Shown one piece after another: positions 49,169-61,487 of a stretch of 64,000 nt of DNA. Both the position numbers and the translations under genes were made by a program. Source of the DNA: Lama guanicoe (Eukaryota). The stretch lies in contig MU055594.1 in NCBI GenBank assembly GCA_013239625.1, positions 16,062,445 to 16,126,444 of the forward strand, written 5' to 3'. Below the pieces are notes generated by a model. It did no database searches and was not told the origin of the DNA. It worked only from the letters and a program-made list of their open reading frames with translations. Numbering within the stretch: position 1 is the first letter of the stretch; every line of letters begins with the position of its first letter.

Positions 49169-50134
49169 AGCCTATGTTTCTGAAGCGTGAAACTTAGATC
49201 TTTCTTAATTCTTAATAGTCATTATCACAGCTGTGGCAGAAAATAGAACCAGAGCCAGACCAGAGGCCAGGGAGGCTTGGAGATAAACTGATTCCATCTT
49301 ATGTAAGGTGAGTTCACTAAGAGATGGAAGCATAGGCCTAATGAAGAAGTGGTCATTACTGAAGGAAGGCTGGCAGTGCGAGTACTTTGGTATTGCCCTC
49401 TTTTGGCACAGATGTGAAGATGGCTCCCAAGAAGTCAAGGAGTCCTTTGAGAAGTACAAAAGGCAGTGGGATTCAATTTCTCCTTTGCACTGTGGTTTGG
49501 GTATTCCCATGTGAAACTGAAATGGCCAGAGTGTATATGACCCTAGCTCTCGTCTTTTTTTATTTTCCCTTTTTGGAGCTGGTGTCTTTGGCCTTTATCT
49601 GTTTGATGGCCTTTCTTCCACAGAACATGATCTTCCCACCAATTTTTATAGTTTATAACTCAATCATCTAACCTTCATAGAATCAATTAGCTAATGTTAC
49701 ACTAGCTACCATTTATTATTCACTTATTCTGTGCCAAGCACTATACTAAATGCTTGAAATACAGTCTTTAAATCCTTGTATCAGCTCTGGGAAGCAAGTA
49801 CTTTTATTGTCCCCATAGTACAGTTGAAGAAACTGAAGCTTAGAAAGGTTTTACTTTAAGAAATAGCCACCAGATGGTGGATCTGGGACTCTAACTCAAT
49901 TTTTGATTCCAGAGTTTAAGCTTCACCACTAGGCTCTACAGACTTTCATGGGACCTTGCCTGTAGTAGGTGACCCTGTACCCAATTTTCAGTGTTCTGTT
50001 CAAATGACCAAGACCAGAACTCTAAGGACAGGGAGGGAGATGCTTGGGAAAGGGAAGCCGATACTTGCCTTTTAAATCATGCTGTCAGGTCTGCACATCC
50101 CCTCCTTCTCCCTCCCCTCCCCCTTTCTCCCTCT

Positions 50135-52900
50135 TCAGTGTTTGGTAGAACTCACCAGTGACGCTATCTGGACCTGAGCTTCTCTTTGTGGGAAGTTTTT
50201 TGATTACTAATTAAACCTCTTCGCTTGGTCTCTTCAGATTTTCTATTTCTTTTTGAGTCAGTTTCAGTAGTTTGTGTCTTTCTAGGAATTTGTCTTTTCT
50301 AGGAATTTGATCTGCATTATCTAATTTATTCATATATAATTGTTTATAATATTTCTTACAATCCTTTTTTATGTCATAAGGTTAGTAGTTCTCCCTACAC
50401 TTTCATTTTTGATTTAATAATGTAAGTCTTCTCTTTGTTTCTTTCCAGTCTGGCTAAGTTTTGTCAATTTTGTTAATCTTGTCAGAACCAACTCTTGGTT
50501 TTGTTGATTTTTTTATATTGTTTTTCTGTTCTCTATTTCATTTATTTCTGCTCTGATTTTTATTATTTCCTTCTTCCGCTTGTTTTGAGTTTAGTTTACT
50601 CTTTTGCTTCTAGTTTCTTCAGGTGGAAAGTTAAGTTGTTGATTTGGGATCTTTTTTTTAAATAAAGATGTTTACAGCTATAAGTTTCCCTCTACGCACT
50701 GACTTTGCTGAATCATCTAAGTTTCAGTATGTTGCGTTTTTATATTCATTCATCTCAAAGTATTTCTAATTTTTCTTATGATTTCTTCTTTAACCTACTT
50801 GTTATTCAAGCATGTATTGTTTAATTGCCACATGGTTGTTAGTTTCCAAAATTTGCTTCTGTTATTGACTTCTAATTTCATTCCACTATGGTCAGAAAAC
50901 ATACTTTGTACGATTTCCATTCTTTTAAATTTATTAAGACTTGGTTATGGTCAAACATACGGTCTGTCCTGCAGAATGTGGCAAGTATGCCTGAACAGAG
51001 TGTACAGTCTACGGTTGTTGGGTGGAGTGAGATCTGGTTGGGTTGTAGTGTTCATGTCTGTTCTTTCCTTGTTGATCTTCTACATACTTGTTCTGTCATC
51101 TGGATGTTGAAATGGATATTGAAATCTACAACTATTACTATTTGTTTATCTCCCTTTAGTCTGTCATTTTTTGCTTCATATATTTTGAAACTCTGTTGTT
51201 AGGTACCACACATTTTTATAATTGTTGTATCTCCTTGATTGGTTGACTCCTATTATTATAAAATGTCCTTTCTTTGTCACTAGTAACAATTTTTCTCTTA
51301 CGGTCCATTTGGACTGATATTAGTATAGCCATTCCAGCACTCTGTAGCTAGTTTGCGTGATACATGTTTTCTGTTCTTTCACTTTCAACTGACTTGTGTT
51401 TTCCAATCTAAAGTTTGTATCCTGAGGCAAGCATATGGTTGGGTCATGTGTTTTTTTAATCCATTTTGCCAGTCTCTGCCTTTTCATCAGAATGTTTATT
51501 ACATTCAGTATAATTACTGATAAGATATGATTTATGTCTGCCCTTTTATGTTTTCTGCTTGTCTTATGTCTTTTCCTCCTCTATTCCTCCATTGTCTTTT
51601 GTTATATTAGATAATTTTAATTTAAATTTAATTCCCTTGTTATTTCTTTTACTGTATAATTTTTATTTTCTTGCTATAGGGATTACAGTTAACATTTTAA
51701 TTTAAAACAATCTAGTTCAGATTGATACCAAGTTAATTTCAGTCATATATAAAAACTTTGATTCTGTATAGCCCCATTTCTTCCCCCTTCTTCATATTGT
51801 TATTGTCATAAAAGTTGCATTTTAAATGATACGTCCACCAACACAGATGTATAATTATTGCTTTAGGAAGTTGTCTTTTAAATCAGATATGGGTAAGGGA
51901 AAGTCATTTTTCTTGAGTAAACACTCCTTGGATTGATACAAGCCATTGGTTAATGTCCAGAGTTCTAAAAAAAATTGATTCTATTTTTACCAGTTTTCTT
52001 GTTTCTTTTATGGAAGAGAGAATTTTCAGAGTTCTTTAACCATTTTCTTTTAAAATCACTCTCACTCTCAGTGTACTTTTAATTTGTATTTCCCTTAGCT
52101 GAAGGTAAAGGTATTTATTATATTTATATTTCTTTTTTTGTGTAAGCCACATGTATATGTCCTATGACCATATTCGATTAAGTGTTTTTTAGTGATCTGT
52201 AGAGGTTAGGGAAATGAGTTATCTGCCTTTGTATGAGTTGCAGAATTTTTCCTAATTTTGTGTTTTTTCTTTTGTTTATGGTGTTTTTGTCATGGAGGGA
52301 AAGGTATCAGTCTTAATTTATCTTAATGTGTCAGTTTTAATGTATCTATGAATTCTTTTATGACTTCTGAGTTTTGTATAATACTTTTTAACTATTCCCC
52401 AGTGGCCTTTCAAGGTTTTTTTTTTCAATCAACTTTATCAAAATATAACTTAAAATACAATAAAGTACACCTTTTTCACAAATGTATACACCCATGTAAC
52501 TACTACCACAATGATGATAGAGAACATTTTAATCACCCCCAGAAATTCTTTCAGGCCCCTTTACCGTCATTCCCACTTCACCACCAACAGCAGCACAAAA
52601 TACTCTCGTTATTTTTTTCATTGTCTTTATATCTGTGACTATTTCCCCCTTGTCATTTCTTATTTCATCTTCCTTCTTGAGTAAGTTATCTAACACTTTC
52701 TCTCTTTTATTTCGTTTTATTTCAAAGAATATGCTCTTTTATTTATGTATTAGTTATGTCATTTTTCTCATTTAAAATTAACTAGCTGTTTGAGGAAGAT
52801 GCTTAATTCTTGTTGAGGGTGTGAATTTTCCTCTGAGAACTTCTTTAACTGAATCCCAAAAGTTTTGATATGAAGCACCCATCTCACCATGTCACTTGCA
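50135..52900 (-). mobile_element. LINE-1 (ORF2 region and 3' fragments), antisense
   Basis: TTTGGTAGAACTCACCAGTGA.GC.ATCTGG; T-rich antisense ORF2 text; CTGATATTAGTATAGCCATTCCAGC. Confidence 0.75.
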
Positions 52901-54326
52901 TTTTCTTTGCTTTGTTTTTGTGTTTCTTATAATAAAATTTAGGTTAGTAGTTTCATCTTAGAAGTTACTTTTATAACTGTGACTCTAGTTGTTATTCATA
53001 GACTTCTTACCATGTACAATGGTGGAATTAATATATTTCCCCTTCCTCCTTCCCTCTTCTTTACCAGCCAATTGATTATCTTGGTATTTTCCTTTGTATT
53101 ATAAAATATACTACTCCTGTCAGGTTCTAAAAAGTTCACACTCAGACCAGGGTAAGTTTCTCCCAAAGGGTTCTTTTATACTTTATTCTGCCCTTCCCCC
53201 GCATTCTCCTGTCCCCGCCTCCAGCTCTACCTTGCTTTCCCACCAGGCAAGTCCCCAGTCATCTTAGGCAGGAAAATGAAGTCTTAGTTGATTGATGGGC
53301 AGCTGCTGCCTCCACAAGGGACAGAGTAAATTTAGGTTCTGTCACAGGCTGAGACTCTTATCAAGGGAAGCTCAGAACATCCTGCCAGAGCTCCCTGAAA
53401 ATAGGCTTACATAGCCCCTCCCTGTCCCTTCTCCTCAGTTGCCTAAACCAGGCTTAGGGCCCCTCTAGATGGTGAAAACCTCTTTTTGCCTAACTCTCCA
53501 TGATTATAAAAAAGACTGGGTTCCTGAGTACCTCATTCCTCTGCATTTAAGTCTCTCATCTCAATACGGGCAAATATGTTCAAACTAAACAGTTTGAGAA
53601 GAAATCCTGGCAGGAACCTTGAAGGCTCTCTGATCCCCAGCCTGGACTAGCTCTCATTTACTCTTAACCATGGCCACACCCTTACCATTTATTCCTCCTC
53701 CTCTCACCCTCATGCCCTTTCTCCACTGAGCTCTTCCCAAGCTCAGAGTTAAGGCCAAAAGGAACAGAGCTACCAGATGGCCCCCCAGCTGATAAAGAGC
53801 CAGCTCTGGTAAAACTGATGTCTGCAAGGGTCTTTTTTCTCCTGGTGCTTGAAAATCCTTTGTCCTACCAAGGAATAGGCTTGATATCTACATTAGTTTT
53901 TTCCTCACTCCTGTTTCTTTTTAACCCCATCTCTCATACTCTATCTGTCCTGAATCTCCTTTAACTAATTATTATCCCCTTTCTTCCACTATATGTTGTC
54001 ACGCCATAAGATGTCACTTGTTTACAAGGTACAGAGCAGAAAGCAGAAGAGATTTCTAGACTGAAGAAAATGAATCTATACTTTCAGAAGTTATCATGAT
54101 AAAGGCAGGAAATGCTTTTGAAGAAGCCTTCTTGATGCCCCTTAAATCAAACTGCATTGCAGTATTCTGACCAGGGAGTGAAACCACCTTCCCACTGGCA
54201 GGACAGGCAGGAGATCACACACACAAACTCTGGACCAGTCTTTGGAGTTCACAGACCATGTGAAGTCAAACTTGGGCCCTCTCTTTCCCTCTCAAGCATC
54301 AAGAGCTCATATATTATCACTTAGAG

Positions 54327-54332
54327 TTTATT
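54327..54332 (-). terminator. TREML1 polyadenylation signal
   Basis: TTTATT on + strand = AATAAA on -, about 220 nt after the stop. Confidence 0.6.
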
Positions 54333-54553
54333 TATCACAGTGGTTTAAAGGCAGAGGAACTAGCATGGGGGCTTCCCAAGACACCTCAATCGTATCTAAG
54401 TATCACTTTCCAGGTCAGAAAAGTCAAGACATTAGATCAGATCCTGAAGTCCCTAGTTGCTCTGACACCCTAGGGATTGAGGGCATGGGCTGCATGGATG
54501 GCTACTCAGAACCGTAGAGATGATCTCTGTGAGTTTACAGGAAGATGAACAGC

Positions 54554-54850
54554 TTAGCTGGGTGGAGTCTGGCTATTAGGTGGATCTTGGGCTGGCTCAC
54601 AGGAGGCTCCTCCACTTTTGTCCCCTCCAGGGAAGACGACTGTGGCATATGTCACAGCCTTAGGAGGCAGAGGGGGCAAAGAGGATTGGACTGGGGTTGG
54701 GGGTTTTCCTGGCAGAGGATCAAGAGGAAGGTTGCTGTAGGTCGTATTGTCGAAGGAAGGTGGCGAGTCGAGCCTAACGTATGGTACATCCAATGGCAGA
54801 TGAGCAGCTGGTCCAGAGTCACTGATGTGGTGGACCGCCGAGGAGGGTGC
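54554..54850 (-). CDS. TREML1: TREML1 exon 6 (ITIM tail)
   Basis: APSSAVHHISDSGPAAHLPLDVPYVRLDSPPSFDNTTYSNLPLD...PPLPPKAVTYATVVFPGG...PPS*. Confidence 0.95.
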   Translation of the reverse strand, partial: APSSAVHHISDSGPAAHLPLDVPYVRLDSPPSFDNTTYSNLPLDPLPGKPPTPVQSSLPPLPPKAVTYATVVFPGGDKSGGASCEPAQDPPNSQTPPS

Positions 54851-57800
54851 CTGTAACAAAAACAGGCAAATCAAGCAAAGAGAAAATGCCTCCCTCTGCC
54901 CCAGTTCCCTTTGGTGGGAAGCCCAGGACTACACTGGATCTGTCTCCTCAACCCTGAGCATGTCAGTGGGCAGGAGGGCTTCACTTTGAAGATTTTCAAG
55001 CCCCAAGTTTCTCCCCAAATCGGGGTAGGTGGATAGCAAGATGGGAAGGTGGGAGACCATGGTTGCCAGGTTTACAGCATTTAGGAAGAGAGTTTGGACC
55101 TCGACTGGGTCCCAGTCTTTTCTCCACCTCATTATCCTGGGACTTCTCAGTGAGCAAGGCAGATGGAGGGTCTGGAGAATTTGGCTGGGGGCCTGCAGAG
55201 GTCTCTTACTGTGCCTGGGACTCCATTGCTCTGAAATTGTCCAAGCCTGTTCCCTGTCAGGACAGAAGACAGAAGCACAGTCTGCTTCTTGGGCTGGCTC
55301 AGTGTCCACCCCACCGCCCCCGCCACCGCACTCCCTTCAGAAACCTCTGAAACCTCTGTCCTAGTCTATACTCACCTTCCCCACTCCCACCAGCAAAGAT
55401 TTCCCCCTTCGTTGCCCCAGCCCCCTGCCCCAGCCAGCCCTAAATCTCCCTACCTACTTACTGCTTCCACAGCACCGTTCAACCTGCCTCAGCACTCAGC
55501 CCATCTCCTGAAATCCCTCACCTCCTCCAGTCACCTGTCCCCCATCCCACTGTCTCACCATCTCCAATTCCTCTCTCTCCCTGGGCTACCTCCCACTGAA
55601 TCCTTTCTCTCTTCCACCCCTCAGCCATGGGAAGTCTAGGCCGGGGGCTGTTACCAAAGCCTGCCTACAGGAGGAGCGGACCTAGATTCCCAGCCTCAAA
55701 TGCAAGCCTGGCTGACACAGGACGAGGAGGCCATCCTGGGATAGGCAGGTAGACAGCCACATACCTTTCTTTTTGGCCATTACAGCTAACAGCACCGCCG
55801 CTGCCATCACCAGCAGGCCCACCAGGAGCACAGCACCCCAAATCAAGGGTCTGCTGAGGGACACAAAGGGATAGGTGAGCTTAGCCCTGAACCTAGTGAG
55901 GGGCTGCTTGCCAGGAATCCTGAAAAAGTGGCAAAAGGATAGAGTTCTTTTCGCTGGAAGGGAATGAGAAAGGCAGACTCAAGCAAGGCAGAAGAGAGAT
56001 GCATTATCAGGGTATCCTGGTGGGGATCCACTGGGATGAAGGAGTCAGCGCTGAAGTGGGGTAGAGAGAGGTATGTCTGTCTGCCTGCCTGCCTGCCTGC
56101 CTGCCTGTTCAGAAGTTCCCCGGGGGTGGAAAGAATCATAAGGTTTACCTCTGATTTAGCCTGAGGCTCTGAACATGCCGTATCTTCACCACCACCCTTT
56201 CCCAGACACCCAAATACAGTTCTTGTCAGTACCTCTTCTCATCCTGGCTGGGATCCAGAGGGTTGGCACTGCCCACAGGGTTTGAAGAGGAGCTGTCAGC
56301 CAGACTCCCAACATGATGGGTCTTCTCTCCCTCCTTTTCCAGGCCAGGAGCTGAGTCAGAAGGAAGTATTTAATGAGCACATGCCCATGGTGGGCAGGAT
56401 TCAAGGGCCTGGTGAGACCTGAGGGACTGGGGGAGTGGAGCTGAGGAAGGATAGGTCCCAAGAAACACAAAGAAGGGGGGTTTGGGATAGTCCTTAGGGG
56501 CCTCTCATTCTGGAGATCAAGGAATGGCCCTCTTTGTGTCTATACCTGGTTGTGAATATGCCCACTTTCCCCTCTGCCCCTGGCTCCCAACCTTTCTTCC
56601 TACATTCTTCTTCACCTGTTTCCCTGTGCCCCTCTGTGTCCATCCCCCCGACCCCACCCCAGAGTAGGTTTCTCCACTCTTATCCTCAGTGGAAACCTTG
56701 CTCCTGGCTCTCATCAGTTGGTCTCCCGAGGGACCTCAGCACAACCTGCTCGACTTCTCCACATACCTGCAACCGTGCGACAGCCCGTGCAGGCTGGTTT
56801 AGCCCCATCCCAAGCTCTTCCTTCAGGATCTGAGGGACTTGGGGTCAGCTCTGATGTGACACAATGATGCTGACCCTTGCTGAGAGCCTTGCTTGGACCC
56901 TGAGACTTGGTTTTGTCACAAGGTTTCTGTCATCCCTGCAACATGCTCCACTCCCATCCGCAGCACTCAAGGTTGGTCTCTCTGTGCCTGAGGATCTGCC
57001 TTGGGAACCTGAGCAGTCCTTCTAGACCCTCTGAGACGAGGGTCTTGCCTTGTTCTTAGGGATTCACCATTCCCACTTTCCACCCCATATTAAACCAGGA
57101 ACTGGAGATGATGTGGCCCCAATCTTGCTGCATGTGTCCTGCTCTCCTGGTGCTTTTTAAACCACCCACCTCCTCCCTGGATACTGTGCTCTGCCCGCCT
57201 GCCTGAACATCCATCCCCTATGGCTACTGGGGTCCCCAACACCCGCCCCACTGCAGGTACCTGTCTCCCTGCCGCCTCTTCCCAGTGCATGTCTTGTCAC
57301 AATTTGCCATTAGGGAGTTTTAACCTTGACTTACTAGACCTTAGAGTGTCAAGGAAGGAGGTGGACAAAGGATGACTAGGGTTAACAAGAGTATGATTAA
57401 AATATAAATAATAATTGTGGATTCAAGAGGGATTCTAATGACAGCTTAGTCCATCCTCATAATTCACAGATGGAGTAAAAAACCAGGAGAAGGAAAAATG
57501 CCTGTCTTAATTTCATTACTTGGGACACTTGGCACAAATTACTTGAGAAAAGAAGCCCTGAAAAGGTAGAAAATAGGAGCAGAAGGCAGGAGCAGTCTCT
57601 GTTTCATCAGGTAGCTGATCATTTTACAGACAACATTTTTTTTTATAATATCCTATTTTTCTGGAAACATTTTTTAATACTTTAAAATATTCTTTCAATA
57701 AATGTTTAGACATGAGAAACTTACAGGCTGTGAAAATGAAATCTGTGAAAACAAAACTTTCTATACTAAAAACAGGGCTGAGAATGTTGACTTAACTATT

Positions 57801-58896
57801 AAGGACACTTTTTCTGTTTTTAAAACTGAGTGAGTGGAAGGAACTCAGGCACCTAGTGTACCCTGCCTGTAGGTGAGGCACGTATTAGATGCTCAGGGAA
57901 GACTTGTAAAACTAAATAAGATGTAAATCAGTAATTTTTAAGCCATCAAACTCATTATTACAGTAATAAAAACCTGGCAGATATTTTCAAAAAACTAATT
58001 CCAGTTCATACACCTGAATTAAAACTTTGTTTAAAACATTTCTAAGGGAAAAAATAGCATCAAATATGTAGAAAGCCAAGGCCATGGGTGGGGAAGGAGG
58101 ATGTGCCTTCCTGTGGGGAAACCCACTGTGCGGGAGGGGAAAGGAACTGCTTGGCTGCTTTATCTCAGGCATCTCACTGGTTTGGTTTCCGTTCCCTGCA
58201 GAGCTGTCCAAAGGAGATCCCCCTCCCGGTTCCTCCCTGACAAGGGCCCCCACCCCACAAGGACCCCAGAGCAGTAGGTAGGGACAAGAGGGCAGGTCGG
58301 AGGGGTGGCCAGGCTAGGATAACTCACCTGCAGCGTGCACGTTCAGAGTGACTCTGTGCACAGTCTGGGGCCCTGAGTTTCCCTCCACCAGGCAGCCATA
58401 CTCCCCAGCATCCTCCTCCCGCAGGGAAATCATCTCCACCTGGAGCAGGCCGCCACCCAGGTCAGTGAGAAATACGCGGCTGCTGGCTGGGGCTCTGCGA
58501 TCCACGGCTGATGACACCAAGGGCTGGCACCCCTCCCGCAGGAAGCGACACCACACCTTTCGAGCCTTGATGTCTTGGAGTCGGTAGTGGCACTGCACCT
58601 GGATGGAGCTCCCTACAGGCACCTGCAGCAACTCAGGGAGGCTGCCAGCCAAACCCTGGCCTGGGGAAGGAAAGTCACCGGAATGTTGGGCAGGAGCTGG
58701 GGGCACCTCCTGGCCCACCCACTGCACAGGGCACAGGGATCTAGAGATCCTTCTAGGCCTACACATAATGGTAGTTGCCATGGTAATGCCAGTGATTCCT
58801 GGGCATCGAGCGGGTTATATGGGGCCCAGAGTGCAACTCCTTCTGAACATTACCTGCTAGTCCCAGGAGCAGCAGCAGGAGCAGGTTGGAGCCCAT
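54554..58896 (-). CDS. TREML1: TREM-like transcript 1 (TLT-1), 6 exons, about 307 aa: 58896-58854, 58660-58328, 56350-56233, 55853-55765, 55253-55210, 54850-54554
   Basis: Signal peptide MGSNLLLLLLLGLAGQG; Ig-V domain (VQCHYRLQDIKARKVWCRF...EEDAGEYGCLV); stalk; TM LIWGAVLLVGLLVMAAAVLLAVMAKKK; proline-rich tail with TTYSNL and VTYATV motifs; all junctions GT-AG and in phase. Confidence 0.96.
55210..55253 (-). CDS. TREML1: TREML1 exon 5
   Basis: GNRLGQFQSNGVPGT|gtaaga, 44 nt. Confidence 0.88.
55765..55853 (-). CDS. TREML1: TREML1 exon 4 (transmembrane)
   Basis: SRPLIWGAVLLVGLLVMAAAVLLAVMAKKK|gtatgt; CAGCAG tandem acceptor. Confidence 0.93.
56082..56107. repeat. (TGCC)n tetranucleotide repeat in TREML1 intron 3
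   Basis: tgcctgcctgcctgcctgcctgcctg. Confidence 0.9.
56233..56350 (-). CDS. TREML1: TREML1 exon 3 (stalk)
   Basis: APGLEKEGEKTHHVGSLADSSSSNPVGSANPLDPSQDEK, 118 nt. Confidence 0.9.
58328..58660 (-). CDS. TREML1: TREML1 exon 2 (Ig-V domain)
   Basis: 333 nt, phase 1-1, QGLAGSLPELLQVPVGSSIQVQCHY...TLNVHAA. Confidence 0.96.
58854..58896 (-). CDS. TREML1: TREML1 exon 1 (signal peptide)
   Basis: MGSNLLLLLLLGLA(G)|gtaatg, 43 nt. Confidence 0.93.
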
Positions 58897-58939
58897 GGCT
58901 GGGCAGGGAGATGTCAGCTCTGGAGCTTGCCTGGGCACT

Positions 58940-59070
58940 GACACAGCATTCCCCTGAGGGCAGGAAACTTTTGCCTCAGACAGTCACGTGGGGCTCTCCC
59001 TGACCGTGGGATGGGAGGCAGGCATGGTGGGCCGCTCCATGGGTGGGGATAAGGAGCTCTTCTTAGTCCT
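58940..59070 (-). promoter_or_regulatory. TREML1 proximal promoter
   Basis: ETS-like CAGGAAA (58961-58967), E-box CACGTG (58985-58990) and GATAA (59048-59052) just upstream of the ATG; ETS+GATA fits a megakaryocyte gene (inference). Confidence 0.45.
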
Positions 59071-60022
59071 GGTTGGCTCAGTGCTTAGGAACTGACTCTG
59101 AGAGGAGGTGTGGGCAAGAGCGGGTGAAAAGGCCCAAGCAAATGCAGAAGCTTGGGGTCCTGGGGCTCCCCCTAAGGAATGAAGGGGGAGGAGAATCATG
59201 GCAACCAGAGAGTATTAGAGAGAGAGGGAAGATGATCTTCAGGGTATTCCAAATACAGAATCTGATGAGGCAGAGCTGTGAAGGAGGGGAGGAAAGTGTC
59301 CTTCCCACGGCCCAGGGCCATCCTGATTTTAATTTCTGTGTGAGAGCTCCACCCGAGCCCTCCTGGTCCCTGCATCACAACCTCACCTCAGGAGGCCCCA
59401 CCTCAACGGTGGCACCTGGGCTGGCGTGTCTTCATCCACTGTGCTGGGAGCTCCCTAGACACTCTCACTGTGAACTGCATGCTCCAGTTCTGGGAGTGGC
59501 TTTGCTGCATTGATCATTGCTTCTTCATCTTCCTTTTTTCCCCTCTGATTTCCTGGAACTCCTTAATTAGTTGGATATTGAACATGTATTCATGTATTCA
59601 TCTCATTTTCATGGCTTTTCTCTCTTATTTTCCAGCTTTTTGTCCATTTTGGTCTGATTCCTAGAAGATAGCCTCATCTTTCTCTTCCATCCCTTCATCG
59701 TGGTCCTTCAAATTTTTATCCCTTAGTGTTTTTAATTTACAAATTTTCTAATTCTCCAAGGATTTCTTATTTATAGCATATTATTTTTGTTTCATGAACG
59801 CACTCTCCTCTCTGATGGGAGACAGTTCTCCATGAATGTTTTCATGTTTCTGCCTGGCCTGGGCCTTCCCAGGAAAGGGCACTGACCAAGCTTCGTTTCA
59901 GGGCCACTGAAGAGCCAACACACCATGGGAGTTAGAGACAGTGTATCAGCTCCAGAGAGATTTCCTTCCTTCCTTCCCCTCCTTCCTTAGAGAAGATCAG
60001 GTCAGGTTCCAGAGTAAAAGTC

Positions 60023-60046
60023 GAGAGAGAGAGAGAGAGAGAGAGA
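60023..60046. repeat. (GA)12 microsatellite
   Basis: gagagagagagagagagagagaga. Confidence 0.9.
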
Positions 60047-61487
60047 AAAGATGGGCTAATGTGCCAGATGCTCTATATAAGCTCCAAGTCTCATAATTTG
60101 GGGTTCTTCTCTCATGACTCTCATGGTTTGGTTTGGTGTTGAATGTTTTGTTTGTTTTTTCACGCAAGGACCCTGAGGCTCAGAGGAGTTAAGGAACTTG
60201 CTGAATGGTTCTTAGTAGGAGGCAAACTGGAAACTGGAAAACCCCTTCAGTTCAGCGTGCACGCCAGAGTCCGAGGAGGCAGATCCCAATGGTGATCTGA
60301 ATCCTAGGGTGGGTGTCTCAGACATGGCAGACCAGGAAGAAGAAAAGGAGGAGCTTCCCAGGAGGAGGAACGTTCCAGTGGCACTCCACGGCCAGGACCA
60401 CCCCCCGGGAGCCTCCCCTTCTATCTCATCACACCTGATGCCTGGACAGGGCCAGAGGGAGGGAGGGAGGTAGAGTGAGCTCAGTTTGGGCTCTGCTCAG
60501 TCTTGGCTCCTAGACTGTGCCTCGGGTCTGCAGGAAGGAGACAACTTCCCCTGGGCCCGATGGGGAAGTTTCACGTGCCACTGAGTCAGGGAGGCCAAGG
60601 AAACAGACCCGAGCTGGGAGCAGAGGCCAGCAGAACAGCCTCAACAGGGAGTGGATGAGGCAGGGTGGGGCAGGGCCGCACTCGGGGAGTCACGAACAGA
60701 CGTGTGGCTGGACCAAGGGGCTCCTTCCTAATGATTCAAAACCCCAAAGGCCCGGGTGTCCACACCCAGGTTAGGAGGCAACACAGCCACGTGTGGCCAT
60801 GGCCAGAGGGACTCCTGGGCCTCCAGCTCTCTGAGGCCCGGGACAGAGAGCCTGAGGACGTGGCCAGCTCGCGTCCTCCTCTTGGGGCAGCCCACCCTCC
60901 AGGAAGTCTCTGTCCAGTTTCCTCCACACTCTTCACCCAGGTGGCATGTGTGTGTTGAAAGAACCAAGGTTCCCTGAGCCACTCCGGCTGTTCCCTCTGC
61001 TCCTCACATCTCTGTGACTCACTTCCTCACCTCCTCCAAGTGTTTCTCAAGGGGTACCTTCTGGCTACCCTTTAGAATTGCAACATCTGCCTTCCGCACT
61101 CAGCAGCTCCTAACCATCTGACTGACTTCTTTATTCTATTTGTCTGCTCTCTTTCCATTAGAACGTGGCTCTGTGTGGGCAGATACAGTTTTTTCACTGT
61201 TGTGTCTCCAATGTCTAGACTATTTTTTTTTCACTGTTGTCTCCAATGCCTAGACTAGAACCTGGCACAGAAATTATTTGTAGAATAAATACATGAATAA
61301 ATGATTGAGCTACAGAGAAGGATAGCTTGAATGCCAAGTGAAATCTGAATTTCCAGGCTCTACTGGGGACTTTGAATAAATCCTTTGCCTTTGAGCCTGT
61401 TTGCCATCTGTACAATGAGGGGCTTGGACCAGCAGTCCCCGGCTCTAGTACACTGCTTTCCACCACCCAAGCCCTTGTCATTTCTCT

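Noticed and set aside
54545-55639. Plus-strand ORFs over TREML1
   Set aside because: Antisense to TREML1 exons or low-complexity intron; no homology recognised.
61190-61260. Short repeated units here and at 38640-38676 as an array or CRISPR-like structure
   Set aside because: Only two copies each, no spacer periodicity, mammalian context; ordinary slippage duplications.
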